Assembly (NCBI GenBank): GCA_038205935.1
Contig: JBBRBK010000052.1
Span: forward strand, 1 to 14,479
Source: Campylobacterales bacterium
Lineage (GTDB): Bacteria > Campylobacterota > Campylobacteria > Campylobacterales > Sulfurimonadaceae
DNA length: 14,479 nucleotides
Direction: 5' to 3'
Shown here: piece by piece, positions 6,255 through 14,118 of the stretch
Layout: every line of letters begins with the position of its first letter
Numbering within the stretch: the stretch's first letter is position 1
The notes under the pieces: model-generated
The model's input: the letters and a program-made list of their open reading frames with translations, nothing else
Told to the model about the DNA's origin: nothing
The model's database searches: none
Translations under genes and position numbers: made by a program

Positions 6255-8171
6255 ATGAATAAAAATATAAAAATATCGCTAGTTTTAGTATCACTCTTAA
6301 GTTCACTTTATGCGCAAGATACGGTCACACTTGAGCCTTTAACAGTAGATTCTACAGCCATCAAAACAGATGAACTCAGATCGACTGATGCTGTTGAAGT
6401 CTACACAGCTGAGGATATCCAAAAAGCACATGTGCAGAATGTGTATGAGTTTTTAAATGAGCAAACATCTGTAATCACAATGCCAAGTTACGGCAATCCT
6501 TTCACACAGCTTCTCGATTTTCACGGATATGGCACAAGTAACGGAAATGAAAATATCGTCGTTACTATCAACGGTAGAAAAATCAACAATATCGACAGCG
6601 TTCCTCAACTACTTTCAGGCATCTCACCAGACTCAATTGAGCGTATCGAAATCATCAAATCTAGCGGAATTGTCACAGCTGGAGATGGTGCAAATGCGGG
6701 TGTCATCAACATCATTACAAAGAAAAGCAGCAACGAAAAAGATGTGGCGTTTTACGGTGGAACTTATGGTCTAGCCGATGGTTCATTTAACTTCAATCAC
6801 AGCGATGACAAACTCTCTATTTCAGCAAGCGCAGAAGCACAAAAATCTAGCGGTATTCGCACTATCGACACAGATAGTAATAAAGATGCTAGTAAGCTTT
6901 CAACGGGAACTTTCAATCTTGCCTATACTCCAAATGAGAAGTTTGAACTACATATGGGTGCTAATTTTGCGAGAACGGATATCTTTTATGCAAGTTTTTT
7001 AACGCTCGATCAGTATAAAAGCAACGTATCACAAGCCGGAAGCAGTACTTCAAATCATCAGCTTTTTGATACAGATTCCATAAATGTGGGAACGAGTTAC
7101 TTTATCGATGACAAACTCTCTTTACATGTAGACATCAGCGATGAAAAGAAAAAATCTAATTATATGTCACTATATTATTCCAGTCTATCTTATTATGATT
7201 ACAAAACAGCAAAAGCATCTTTGAACTATCTTAGTAACGCTATGAGTCTAAGCTTAGGGTATGACGGCTTTTATGGAGACAGAAAGGGATCAAGTGACAC
7301 TACTACAAAAAACAATAATGCGGTTTTTGTCATGAGTCAGTTTTATCTGGGAAACTCTACATTCAAAGCCGGATACCGTTTTGAAAATGTAGAATATAGA
7401 TATAATGGAACATCAAGCGATCTAAAACAAAACAAGATTTTACACGGTGGCGAACTTGGGTACAACTATGTTTTAGATAAAGAAAATTCAGTTTTTGCTA
7501 ACTACTCTCACTCGTATCAAGCACCTGTTATTGATATGTTTTTTACTTACAGCGGAGCATTTAATAATTTCATCGTTCCTATGGAAGCAAATAACTATAT
7601 AATTGGCTATAACAATATTCAAAAAAACAACAAGTTTAAAATATCTGCTTATTATATAGATTTGAAAAATGAAATCTATCTCGATCCTACGAACTATACG
7701 AATACCAACGTAGACAAATCTCACAAATATGGGTTAGACTTCTACGACAAATTGATCATAAATAATGAGTTCAATATAGCGTTAAACTATAACTATGTCC
7801 AAGCAATCATTGATAAAGAAAATGCGTCCGATGGTACAAGTTACTCCGGAAATGAACTCCCAGGAGTCAGCAACCACAATATCAAAACGACACTAAGCTA
7901 TCTGCCAAACGAACATACTACATTCGCACTCACAGAAGTCTACAGAAGCGACGCGTATGCGGCAGATGATTTTTCAAACAGTGCAAGTCAAAAACAAGAC
8001 CAATATGTCACAACAGACATCTCAGCAACATACACACAAAAAACTTGGGAAATCTTTGCTAAAATAAACAACCTATTCAACCAGAAAAATGGTTTATGGA
8101 CGCAAGATAATGCGATCTATCCCGTAAACTTTACGACGACTGCTATCGCAGGACTCAAACTTAAATTTTAA
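6255..8171 (+). CDS. TonB-dependent outer-membrane receptor, BtuB-like (probable corrinoid uptake)
   Basis: Signal peptide, TonB box-like LEPLTVDS, plug motif IERIEIIK...G.GA.AGVINIITKK, INNLFN, terminal Phe, AAGGA SD. Substrate is inferred only from linkage to cobQ. Confidence 0.9.
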   Translation: MNKNIKISLVLVSLLSSLYAQDTVTLEPLTVDSTAIKTDELRSTDAVEVYTAEDIQKAHVQNVYEFLNEQTSVITMPSYGNPFTQLLDFHGYGTSNGNENIVVTINGRKINNIDSVPQLLSGISPDSIERIEIIKSSGIVTAGDGANAGVINIITKKSSNEKDVAFYGGTYGLADGSFNFNHSDDKLSISASAEAQKSSGIRTIDTDSNKDASKLSTGTFNLAYTPNEKFELHMGANFARTDIFYASFLTLDQYKSNVSQAGSSTSNHQLFDTDSINVGTSYFIDDKLSLHVDISDEKKKSNYMSLYYSSLSYYDYKTAKASLNYLSNAMSLSLGYDGFYGDRKGSSDTTTKNNNAVFVMSQFYLGNSTFKAGYRFENVEYRYNGTSSDLKQNKILHGGELGYNYVLDKENSVFANYSHSYQAPVIDMFFTYSGAFNNFIVPMEANNYIIGYNNIQKNNKFKISAYYIDLKNEIYLDPTNYTNTNVDKSHKYGLDFYDKLIINNEFNIALNYNYVQAIIDKENASDGTSYSGNELPGVSNHNIKTTLSYLPNEHTTFALTEVYRSDAYAADDFSNSASQKQDQYVTTDISATYTQKTWEIFAKINNLFNQKNGLWTQDNAIYPVNFTTTAIAGLKLKF

Positions 8172-8179
8172 GGCAAAAA

Positions 8180-8749
8180 ATGAAAATAATATTCAGAGAG
8201 TTTTTAAAATATAAGTTTCTAAATTCTCTGTTTATGGGTCTTAGTATCGGGAGTATTTTTATCATCTATACTCCGCTCTCGCCTTCTGTTTATTCCGCTG
8301 GCGGGATCATCTTGGCTCTTTCTATGCTTTTCATTGCCAAACTCTACTATAAGATCTTACATGTAGACTATTTTTTCAAGATCTCGCTCTTTGTTGAGCT
8401 GATCTTACTTTTTGCTATCGCCTACTTTTTGTTCTTTTCTTATGACTATACGACAGCCCTTATCTACTATGTCAGCTATCAGGCGACTTTTACTTTTGGC
8501 TCTTATCTTGTGCGTGCGGAGACGTTGTTTTTAAAAAAAGCAACTCTACTTACACTCGTGGATGTCATAAAACAAAAAGGATATTTAGCGGGAATGTTGC
8601 TCTCTTATCTCTTTTATAAACTCCTTGAAAAAGTCTTACATGTAAGCGATAAAAACCTCCAAGTGTATGATATGAACATAGCTCTTTTTATCGTTGAACT
8701 CGCTATCATTGTGTATCTATTACGATCATTTCAAAAAAAAAGAGATTGA
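8180..8749 (+). CDS. Integral membrane protein of unknown function (about 5-6 hydrophobic segments)
   Basis: Hydrophobic 189-aa ORF, 8 nt after the receptor stop and overlapping the next start. Confidence 0.8.
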   Translation: MKIIFREFLKYKFLNSLFMGLSIGSIFIIYTPLSPSVYSAGGIILALSMLFIAKLYYKILHVDYFFKISLFVELILLFAIAYFLFFSYDYTTALIYYVSYQATFTFGSYLVRAETLFLKKATLLTLVDVIKQKGYLAGMLLSYLFYKLLEKVLHVSDKNLQVYDMNIALFIVELAIIVYLLRSFQKKRD

Positions 8750-9174
8750 TGACTTACTCTGAGTGGTTTGACTCACATGCGCAAAAACATAAAAATATCG
8801 TAGATAAGCTCCTCGCGCAAAACTTCACGCAAGAGCAAATCATCGAGTATTTTGAGTTCTCAAATATGGTAAATCACGAGAAAGAGTTTTGCCTTTTGTA
8901 TGAAACACAAAAAAAATGCCACGATATCCCTTATCTTAACTGCTATTTTTGCGCTTGTCCTCACTTTCGATTCAAAGAAGATGGAATAAAAAAAATCGGC
9001 AAGATGACCAAATACAGCTTTTGTGCTATCGGTGCGAAAGCTGGAACTTTAGTGGCTTACGGCGACGCAATTCACCAAGACTGCTCACGCTGCACAATTC
9101 CACATACTCAAAAATACATCGAAAAAAACTTTACATATGAGTGGAAAAATGCGATGAAAGAGTGTAGATTATGA
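8746..9174 (+). CDS. Cys-rich protein resembling the 'cysteine-rich small domain' (zf-like) seen near cobalamin genes
   Basis: LNCYFCACPHF...DCSRCTIPH pattern plus further Cys (FCLLY, KKCH, FCA). Overlaps both neighbours by 4 nt. Confidence 0.7.
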   Translation: MMTYSEWFDSHAQKHKNIVDKLLAQNFTQEQIIEYFEFSNMVNHEKEFCLLYETQKKCHDIPYLNCYFCACPHFRFKEDGIKKIGKMTKYSFCAIGAKAGTLVAYGDAIHQDCSRCTIPHTQKYIEKNFTYEWKNAMKECRL

Positions 9175-10565
9175 GATCTCTGAGTGTCTTTGGTACAAGC
9201 AGTGACGCGGGAAAATCGACGCTCTCTTTCGCTCTGACTTATCTTTTACACAAACGTGGCGTAAAAGTCGCACCCTTTAAAGCGCAAAATGTCTCCAATA
9301 ACTCGAAAGTTTGCGATGATGGCGGAGAGATCGCCATTCCTCAATATTTTGCCGCTGAAGCCATCGGCATTCCCACTTCTCATTATATGAATCCCATTCT
9401 TATCAAATCAGGCTCAAATAACAACGCGCATCTCATCATCAACGGCGAAGCTGTCGCAAACATGGACGTGCATGAATACTATAAAAATATCAACTCACTC
9501 AAACCGCACGTTAAAAAAGCGTTTAAAAAACTAAGTAAAGAGTATGAGTGCATCGTCGCTGAGGGTGCTGGAAGTCCAGTCGAACTCAACCTTATGGACA
9601 AAGACCTCTCAAATATTTTTATAGCAAATGAGTTTAATACGAAGATCATACTTGTTGCGGATATAGAGCGAGGCGGTGTTTTTGCTTCCATCGTTGGTGT
9701 TATTGCACTTTTGCCAAAAGATTTGAAAAAAAATGTTATCGGTGTTATCATCAATAAATTTCGCGGAGATATCACCCTTTTTGACGATGGAATCATGATT
9801 TTAGAGGAACGCTTTAACATCAAAGTGCTCGGTGTCGTTCCCTTCAAACCTTTTAATCTCGGGTTTGAAGATGCGCAATCACTGATAAGTTATACACAAG
9901 ATCACTCAAAAACCATCATCAAAGCCGCCGTTATCAAACTCCCGCATATCAGCAACTTTACCGACTTTGAGCCTCTTGTCGCAGATGCACAAATCGAGCT
10001 GAGTTTCATCACAAATCCAAGTGAAGCCTTACATGTAGACCTTCTCATCCTTCCAGGAAGTAAACGTGTTGTTGAAGATTTACAATGGCTTCGAGCAATG
10101 GGCTTTGAAGAGATCTTAAAATCCAAAAGAAGAACTATCGTTGCGATCTGCGGAGGATATGAGATGATGTTTGAACGCATCCTTGATCCCTTACATGTAG
10201 AGTCCCAGATTGAAGAGATAGAAGGTTTTGCAAGGTTTGAAGGCGATGTGGTTTTTAAAGAGAAAAAAGTGCTCAAAAAAGAGAACTATGAAATCTTTGA
10301 CTGCAACGTAGAAGGTTACGAAATCCACAATGCCGTTACGAAAAAACGTCATAAAAAACATAAAAATCTTTATGGCACTTTTGTGCATGGATTTTTCGAA
10401 AGCGATGCAATTCGCTTGAAGCTTTTTTCACAGATAAATGAGAACTATGAAGGTTACAATTTTAAAGAGTATAAAAATCGTTCTATCGAAGATTTTTCTT
10501 TACATGTAGAGCAAAATGTCGATATCGATTTCATCCATAAAGCCCTTACTCACGATAAAAAATAA
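9171..10565 (+). CDS. cobQ: Cobyric acid synthase (CobQ/CbiP)
   Basis: GTSSDAGKS, PFKAQN.SNNS, MNPIL.K, EGAGSPVELNL, ADIERGGVFAS, INKFRGD, ISNFTDF, and the glutaminase motifs ICGGY and GTFVHG. Confidence 0.96.
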   Translation: MRSLSVFGTSSDAGKSTLSFALTYLLHKRGVKVAPFKAQNVSNNSKVCDDGGEIAIPQYFAAEAIGIPTSHYMNPILIKSGSNNNAHLIINGEAVANMDVHEYYKNINSLKPHVKKAFKKLSKEYECIVAEGAGSPVELNLMDKDLSNIFIANEFNTKIILVADIERGGVFASIVGVIALLPKDLKKNVIGVIINKFRGDITLFDDGIMILEERFNIKVLGVVPFKPFNLGFEDAQSLISYTQDHSKTIIKAAVIKLPHISNFTDFEPLVADAQIELSFITNPSEALHVDLLILPGSKRVVEDLQWLRAMGFEEILKSKRRTIVAICGGYEMMFERILDPLHVESQIEEIEGFARFEGDVVFKEKKVLKKENYEIFDCNVEGYEIHNAVTKKRHKKHKNLYGTFVHGFFESDAIRLKLFSQINENYEGYNFKEYKNRSIEDFSLHVEQNVDIDFIHKALTHDKK

Positions 10566-10579
10566 TTTTAGGAAATGGT

Positions 10580-11455
10580 ATGAAATGGGAAGATTTACGA
10601 AGAAGCAATAATATAGAAGACCTGCGAGGTGAATCGCAATCAAGAAGTCCAAGAGGCGGCTTAAATATAACCGTTCCTATTATACGATTTTTACTTGGAA
10701 ATAAATATGGTCGTATTGTCTTAGTTGTAGGCGTTATAGCGTATTTTCTAGGTTACAATCCACTCACTTTGCTCTCTAACTTTAGTGGCGCAGTGCCCCA
10801 GCAACAAAGCTATACACAACCTACTTCCGAAGATAATAAAACCGCCGCTTTTGTTTCTGCCGTTTTAGGTCAGACCGAAGATGTTTGGCATACTCTTTTT
10901 AAGCAAAAATCTTTGGAATATGTCGAACCAAAATTAGTGCTTTTTCGTGGCGGAGTCAACAGCGGATGCGGATACACAACAACACAAACAGGCCCTTTTT
11001 ACTGTCCTGCAGATAGAAAAGTCTATCTCGATATGAGCTTTTTTGATGAACTCAAAAACAAATACAACTCACCGGGAGATTTTGCGCAGGCGTATGTGAT
11101 AGCGCATGAAGTGGGTCACCATGTGCAAGATCTTCTGGGAACTTTGGACAAAGCACACAAATACCAAGCCGCGTCTTCTAAAAAAGAGGCAAATGCTATG
11201 CAGGTTAAAGTGGAACTCCAAGCGGATTGTTACGCTGGAATTTGGGCACATTTTGAAAAAAATCATTTAGATGATGGAGACATAGAAGAAGCACTAGGCG
11301 CGGCAAATGCCATAGGCGATGACACGCTTCAAAAACAAGCGCAAGGCTACATCGTGCCAGATGCCTTTACTCACGGAAGTTCCAAGGAGAGAATGCAATG
11401 GTTTAAGCAAGGCTATAACAGCGGTGATCCAAAATCTTGTAAAACTGGAATCTAA
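10580..11455 (+). CDS. YpfJ-like neutral zinc metallopeptidase
   Basis: MKW...R.S.NIED.R, one TM segment, SGCG...TGPFYCPAD.KVYLD, AYVIAHEVGHHVQ (HExxH), ELQADC.AG.W, FTHGSS.ER..WF..G. Confidence 0.93.
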   Translation: MKWEDLRRSNNIEDLRGESQSRSPRGGLNITVPIIRFLLGNKYGRIVLVVGVIAYFLGYNPLTLLSNFSGAVPQQQSYTQPTSEDNKTAAFVSAVLGQTEDVWHTLFKQKSLEYVEPKLVLFRGGVNSGCGYTTTQTGPFYCPADRKVYLDMSFFDELKNKYNSPGDFAQAYVIAHEVGHHVQDLLGTLDKAHKYQAASSKKEANAMQVKVELQADCYAGIWAHFEKNHLDDGDIEEALGAANAIGDDTLQKQAQGYIVPDAFTHGSSKERMQWFKQGYNSGDPKSCKTGI

Positions 11456-11478
11456 ATTTTACGAGTCTAAAACTGAGA

Positions 11479-12357
11479 TTATAAAGATTCTTGAAACCTA
11501 TCTTTATAACTACACTTCAAGCAAAGCTCTTCAATGGCTTTGCCTTGTGCAAAACTTTCGATCATATCTTGTGCTCGTTTTGACTCTAAAATCTCCTTCA
11601 AAGTACTTACATGTAAGTCTCCAAGATTGATAACACCCTCGCCATCAAGGCAACAAGGCACGACAACACCATTAGCCAAAATCCCAATGTGAGATTTAAG
11701 ACCATAGCAAGTTGCGTGACTTTCATGTGAAGAGTTCAAAGATGGCCACTCAAAATAGCTGTCAAAGTTGAGCAGTATTTTTGAGGCTAGTCTTATGGAT
11801 TTTGTCTTGTTTTGAAGTACCTCATCCAACTCCAGTTTTTGTTCAAAATGATCGCTTAAAACTTCAAAAAGCTGTTCATTAAAAGAGAGTTCGGAACATT
11901 TTTCATCGAGATTCCAGACACGCAGATTTATAAATGGCTTTGGATGATTTTTTAATTTCTCATCACAAACTTCTAATACGCCTTGCATGTAGGTTTCAAA
12001 ACTAAGATTGGAATCATTTTTATTGTAGGCATTGAGCGAGATGTTGAGCTGTCGCACGGCGGGATGAAAAAGCGTGGAGAAAGGATTTTTTTTGAGATAA
12101 TATCCGCTTGTTGTGAGCTCTACTTCAAAACCATTTGATAAAGCCAGATCAAGATACTTATCGAGATTTGAAAGTGTGAGCGGATCACCCATTACATGTA
12201 AGGCTAAACTCTTTGTGTAGGGCTTCAACTCTGACAAAATCTTCTCAAAAAACTCTAAAGTCATTGTTTTTGTGGGTTGGAGTTTTGGCGGACAAAAGCT
12301 GCATGCAAGACCGCAGATATTTGTCACTTCTACATGGACGCGATGAAAATAACTCAA
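11479..12357 (-). CDS. Radical SAM protein with C-terminal SPASM/twitch domain
   Basis: EVTNICGLACSFCP (CxxxCxxC), HVMGDP, and C-terminal CYGL...GVVVPCCLD...LGD...LCLKC. TTG start with AAGGA SD. Confidence 0.92.
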   Translation of the reverse strand: MSYFHRVHVEVTNICGLACSFCPPKLQPTKTMTLEFFEKILSELKPYTKSLALHVMGDPLTLSNLDKYLDLALSNGFEVELTTSGYYLKKNPFSTLFHPAVRQLNISLNAYNKNDSNLSFETYMQGVLEVCDEKLKNHPKPFINLRVWNLDEKCSELSFNEQLFEVLSDHFEQKLELDEVLQNKTKSIRLASKILLNFDSYFEWPSLNSSHESHATCYGLKSHIGILANGVVVPCCLDGEGVINLGDLHVSTLKEILESKRAQDMIESFAQGKAIEELCLKCSYKDRFQESL

Positions 12358-12420
12358 GAGGTGCTTCCTTTAAATTTTTATGTTATGCTTTTGCAAAATA
12401 TTTCCAAATAGGGAGAAAAA

Positions 12421-12774
12421 ATGTATCTGCATAAAAAAATAGATGATGTTGAAACTATACCGCAAAAAGCGGGTAAAGGCGTAGGAATGAAGATGCTTCT
12501 CTCGCCCGAAGAGTCGCCAAATTTTGCGATGAGAAACTTCACGATCGAAGCTGGCGGACATATGCCACTGCACACAAATATCATAGAACATGAACAGTAT
12601 GTTTTAGGTGGACGAGCACTTGTGACGATAGGTGATGAAAAGTTTGAAGCTGCTGCTGGAGATGTACTTTTAATCCCTGCAAATGTGCCTCACGCGTATG
12701 AGACATTGGGCGATGAAACATATAGTTTTTTATGTTTAGTGCCAAAACAAGAGGACTGCATAAAGGTTTTATAA
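12421..12774 (+). CDS. Cupin-domain protein
   Basis: GGHMPLHTN..EHEQYVL.G (motif 1) and GDVLLIPANVPHAY (motif 2). GGAG SD. Confidence 0.92.
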   Translation: MYLHKKIDDVETIPQKAGKGVGMKMLLSPEESPNFAMRNFTIEAGGHMPLHTNIIEHEQYVLGGRALVTIGDEKFEAAAGDVLLIPANVPHAYETLGDETYSFLCLVPKQEDCIKVL

Positions 12775-12783
12775 AAAAATTTC

Positions 12784-12791
12784 GCTATAAT
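12784..12791 (+). promoter_or_regulatory. sigma70 extended -10 (gcTATAAT) of the tRNA gene
   Basis: TATAAT at 12786-12791, 18 nt upstream of the mature tRNA 5' end. Confidence 0.75.
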
Positions 12792-12809
12792 CTCACTCTC
12801 CAAAACCGT

Positions 12810-12897
12810 GGACAATTGGGAGAGTGGTTTAATCCAGTCGCCTGGAACGCGGCCGTAGGGTAACCTACCGTGAGTTCGAATCTCACATTGTCCACCA
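12810..12897 (+). tRNA. tRNA-Ser(GGA)
   Basis: Acceptor GGACAAT/ATTGTCC, D arm GGA..TGG..TCC, anticodon stem GTCGC/GCGGC with loop CT-GGA-AC, long variable arm GTAGG-GTAA-CCTAC, T arm GTGAG-TTCGAAT-CTCAC, encoded CCA. Confidence 0.97.
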
Positions 12898-12933
12898 CTT
12901 ACAAAGATAACTCTCTCTAGTCACCTCCAAAAA

Positions 12934-14118
12934 TTAAAACTTATAGCTTGCAAACACTTCCACTGAATTGATCCCAGTGCCTACGCCATAGTCTGTGTTA
13001 GCGTAAATGAGATCTAGATGGATTGATTTAGTGACTGGGTACGCCAAGATAAAATCAAATTCATGCCCTTTGTCATTATTAACAACATCTTCTTTGTGCT
13101 CATAGTAAGCATAACTCGCTGTCGCTGTAACACCAGCAATGGTTGTGTCTGCTTGTACTTTAACTGCACTTCCTTCATTGTTAGGAGTATAGAAATTCCA
13201 TGAAGTCGTGTAGAGACTATCTATTCCTATATATCCAACTTTATTGCCTGATGCATAATTATATGCAGCCATTAAGTTTACATCCGCCACTTTTGTTATT
13301 GCTTTGATACCAAATAAATCGGAATCTTTTGAAGTATTGAAATTTGTGTGCGCATATTGTGCGTCTATTTCAATATTTGATAACGTTGTCCCACCATCAA
13401 TATAAACTTGATTGTACTTATCAACTTTTGAGCCTGCTGCTGCACCTGCATCTACATTATAAAACCACGCATTTGCTTTGTAAGTTTTATCGTCATACGC
13501 TCCGCCCAGTGCCCAGTTGTGACCTTTGTCTATATTTGTTAGATCAATGTAGTTGTCACCGCTGTTTATAGATCTGTATTTTGTAATATATGCGCCAGTA
13601 AGCGTAACATTTTTGATGGAATTATTTACTACTGTATACGCTTCAAATGATTCTAGTGAAAGTAGCCAATCGTATGTTTGTACCATTGGCGTACTTAGTA
13701 GTTGCCGACCTGCGACAATCGTTGTGTCACCAAATGTCGCTGTAAGATTTGCTACATTAAAGAACGCGCCACTTTTAGAACCTTCAAAATATGAAGTAGG
13801 TAGTGAATAATTCATAACACTATTTGATCCTTGAAGGATATTGTAGTATCCCACTGCACTAAAGTTTGCACTCAGCCAATTGGTGAATTTATGAGAGACA
13901 TTCAGTGTAGCAGCACCTCCAAGTTGTGATTCTTGGCTAAATAAGTTATAACCTTTTTGCCCATCATCTGTAATGTAATATGCTCGTAGTTTCCCATCAA
14001 CTGTAGTAGAACTTGTATTTTCTGCAACAGCATCTGGCACAGTTGGAGCGATGTCGTCACTTGCAAATACAGTACCGACACAAAACACTACAATCAAACT
14101 TAATTTTATCATTTTCAT
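12934..14118 (-). CDS. Outer-membrane porin (OprD / Campylobacterota major-porin-like beta-barrel)
   Basis: Signal peptide, G.LRAYY first strand, AGRQ.L.TP motif, amphipathic beta strands, C-terminal ASYKF, AAGGA SD. Confidence 0.85.
   Translation of the reverse strand: MKMIKLSLIVVFCVGTVFASDDIAPTVPDAVAENTSSTTVDGKLRAYYITDDGQKGYNLFSQESQLGGAATLNVSHKFTNWLSANFSAVGYYNILQGSNSVMNYSLPTSYFEGSKSGAFFNVANLTATFGDTTIVAGRQLLSTPMVQTYDWLLSLESFEAYTVVNNSIKNVTLTGAYITKYRSINSGDNYIDLTNIDKGHNWALGGAYDDKTYKANAWFYNVDAGAAAGSKVDKYNQVYIDGGTTLSNIEIDAQYAHTNFNTSKDSDLFGIKAITKVADVNLMAAYNYASGNKVGYIGIDSLYTTSWNFYTPNNEGSAVKVQADTTIAGVTATASYAYYEHKEDVVNNDKGHEFDFILAYPVTKSIHLDLIYANTDYGVGTGINSVEVFASYKF

Larger units (their letters stand above)
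25..12200. repeat. Dispersed palindromic octamer TACATGTA (14 copies)
   Basis: Copies start at 25, 1994, 2034, 5075, 5650, 6204, 7123, 8358, 8637, 10030, 10192, 10501, 11608 and 12193. All fit YTACATGTAR. Confidence 0.9.

Noticed and set aside
25..12200. CRISPR array or REP/MITE family as the explanation for the TACATGTA repeats
   Set aside because: Copies are only 8-15 nt, irregularly spaced and mostly embedded in-frame in intact genes. There is no repeat-spacer periodicity and no cas gene.
11479..12357. Radical SAM/SPASM enzyme as a RiPP maturase
   Set aside because: No adjacent precursor peptide, transporter or RRE domain. It appears to be a stand-alone enzyme.
12357..12364. AGAGGTGC match to the IS terminal repeat next to the radical SAM start
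   Set aside because: Only 8 nt, and it forms the spacer between the SD and the TTG start, so probably chance.
6529..13810. Short alternate-frame or antisense ORFs within the receptor, Cys-rich gene, cobQ, peptidase, radical SAM, cupin and porin genes
   Set aside because: They overlap stronger CDSs and have no independent support.
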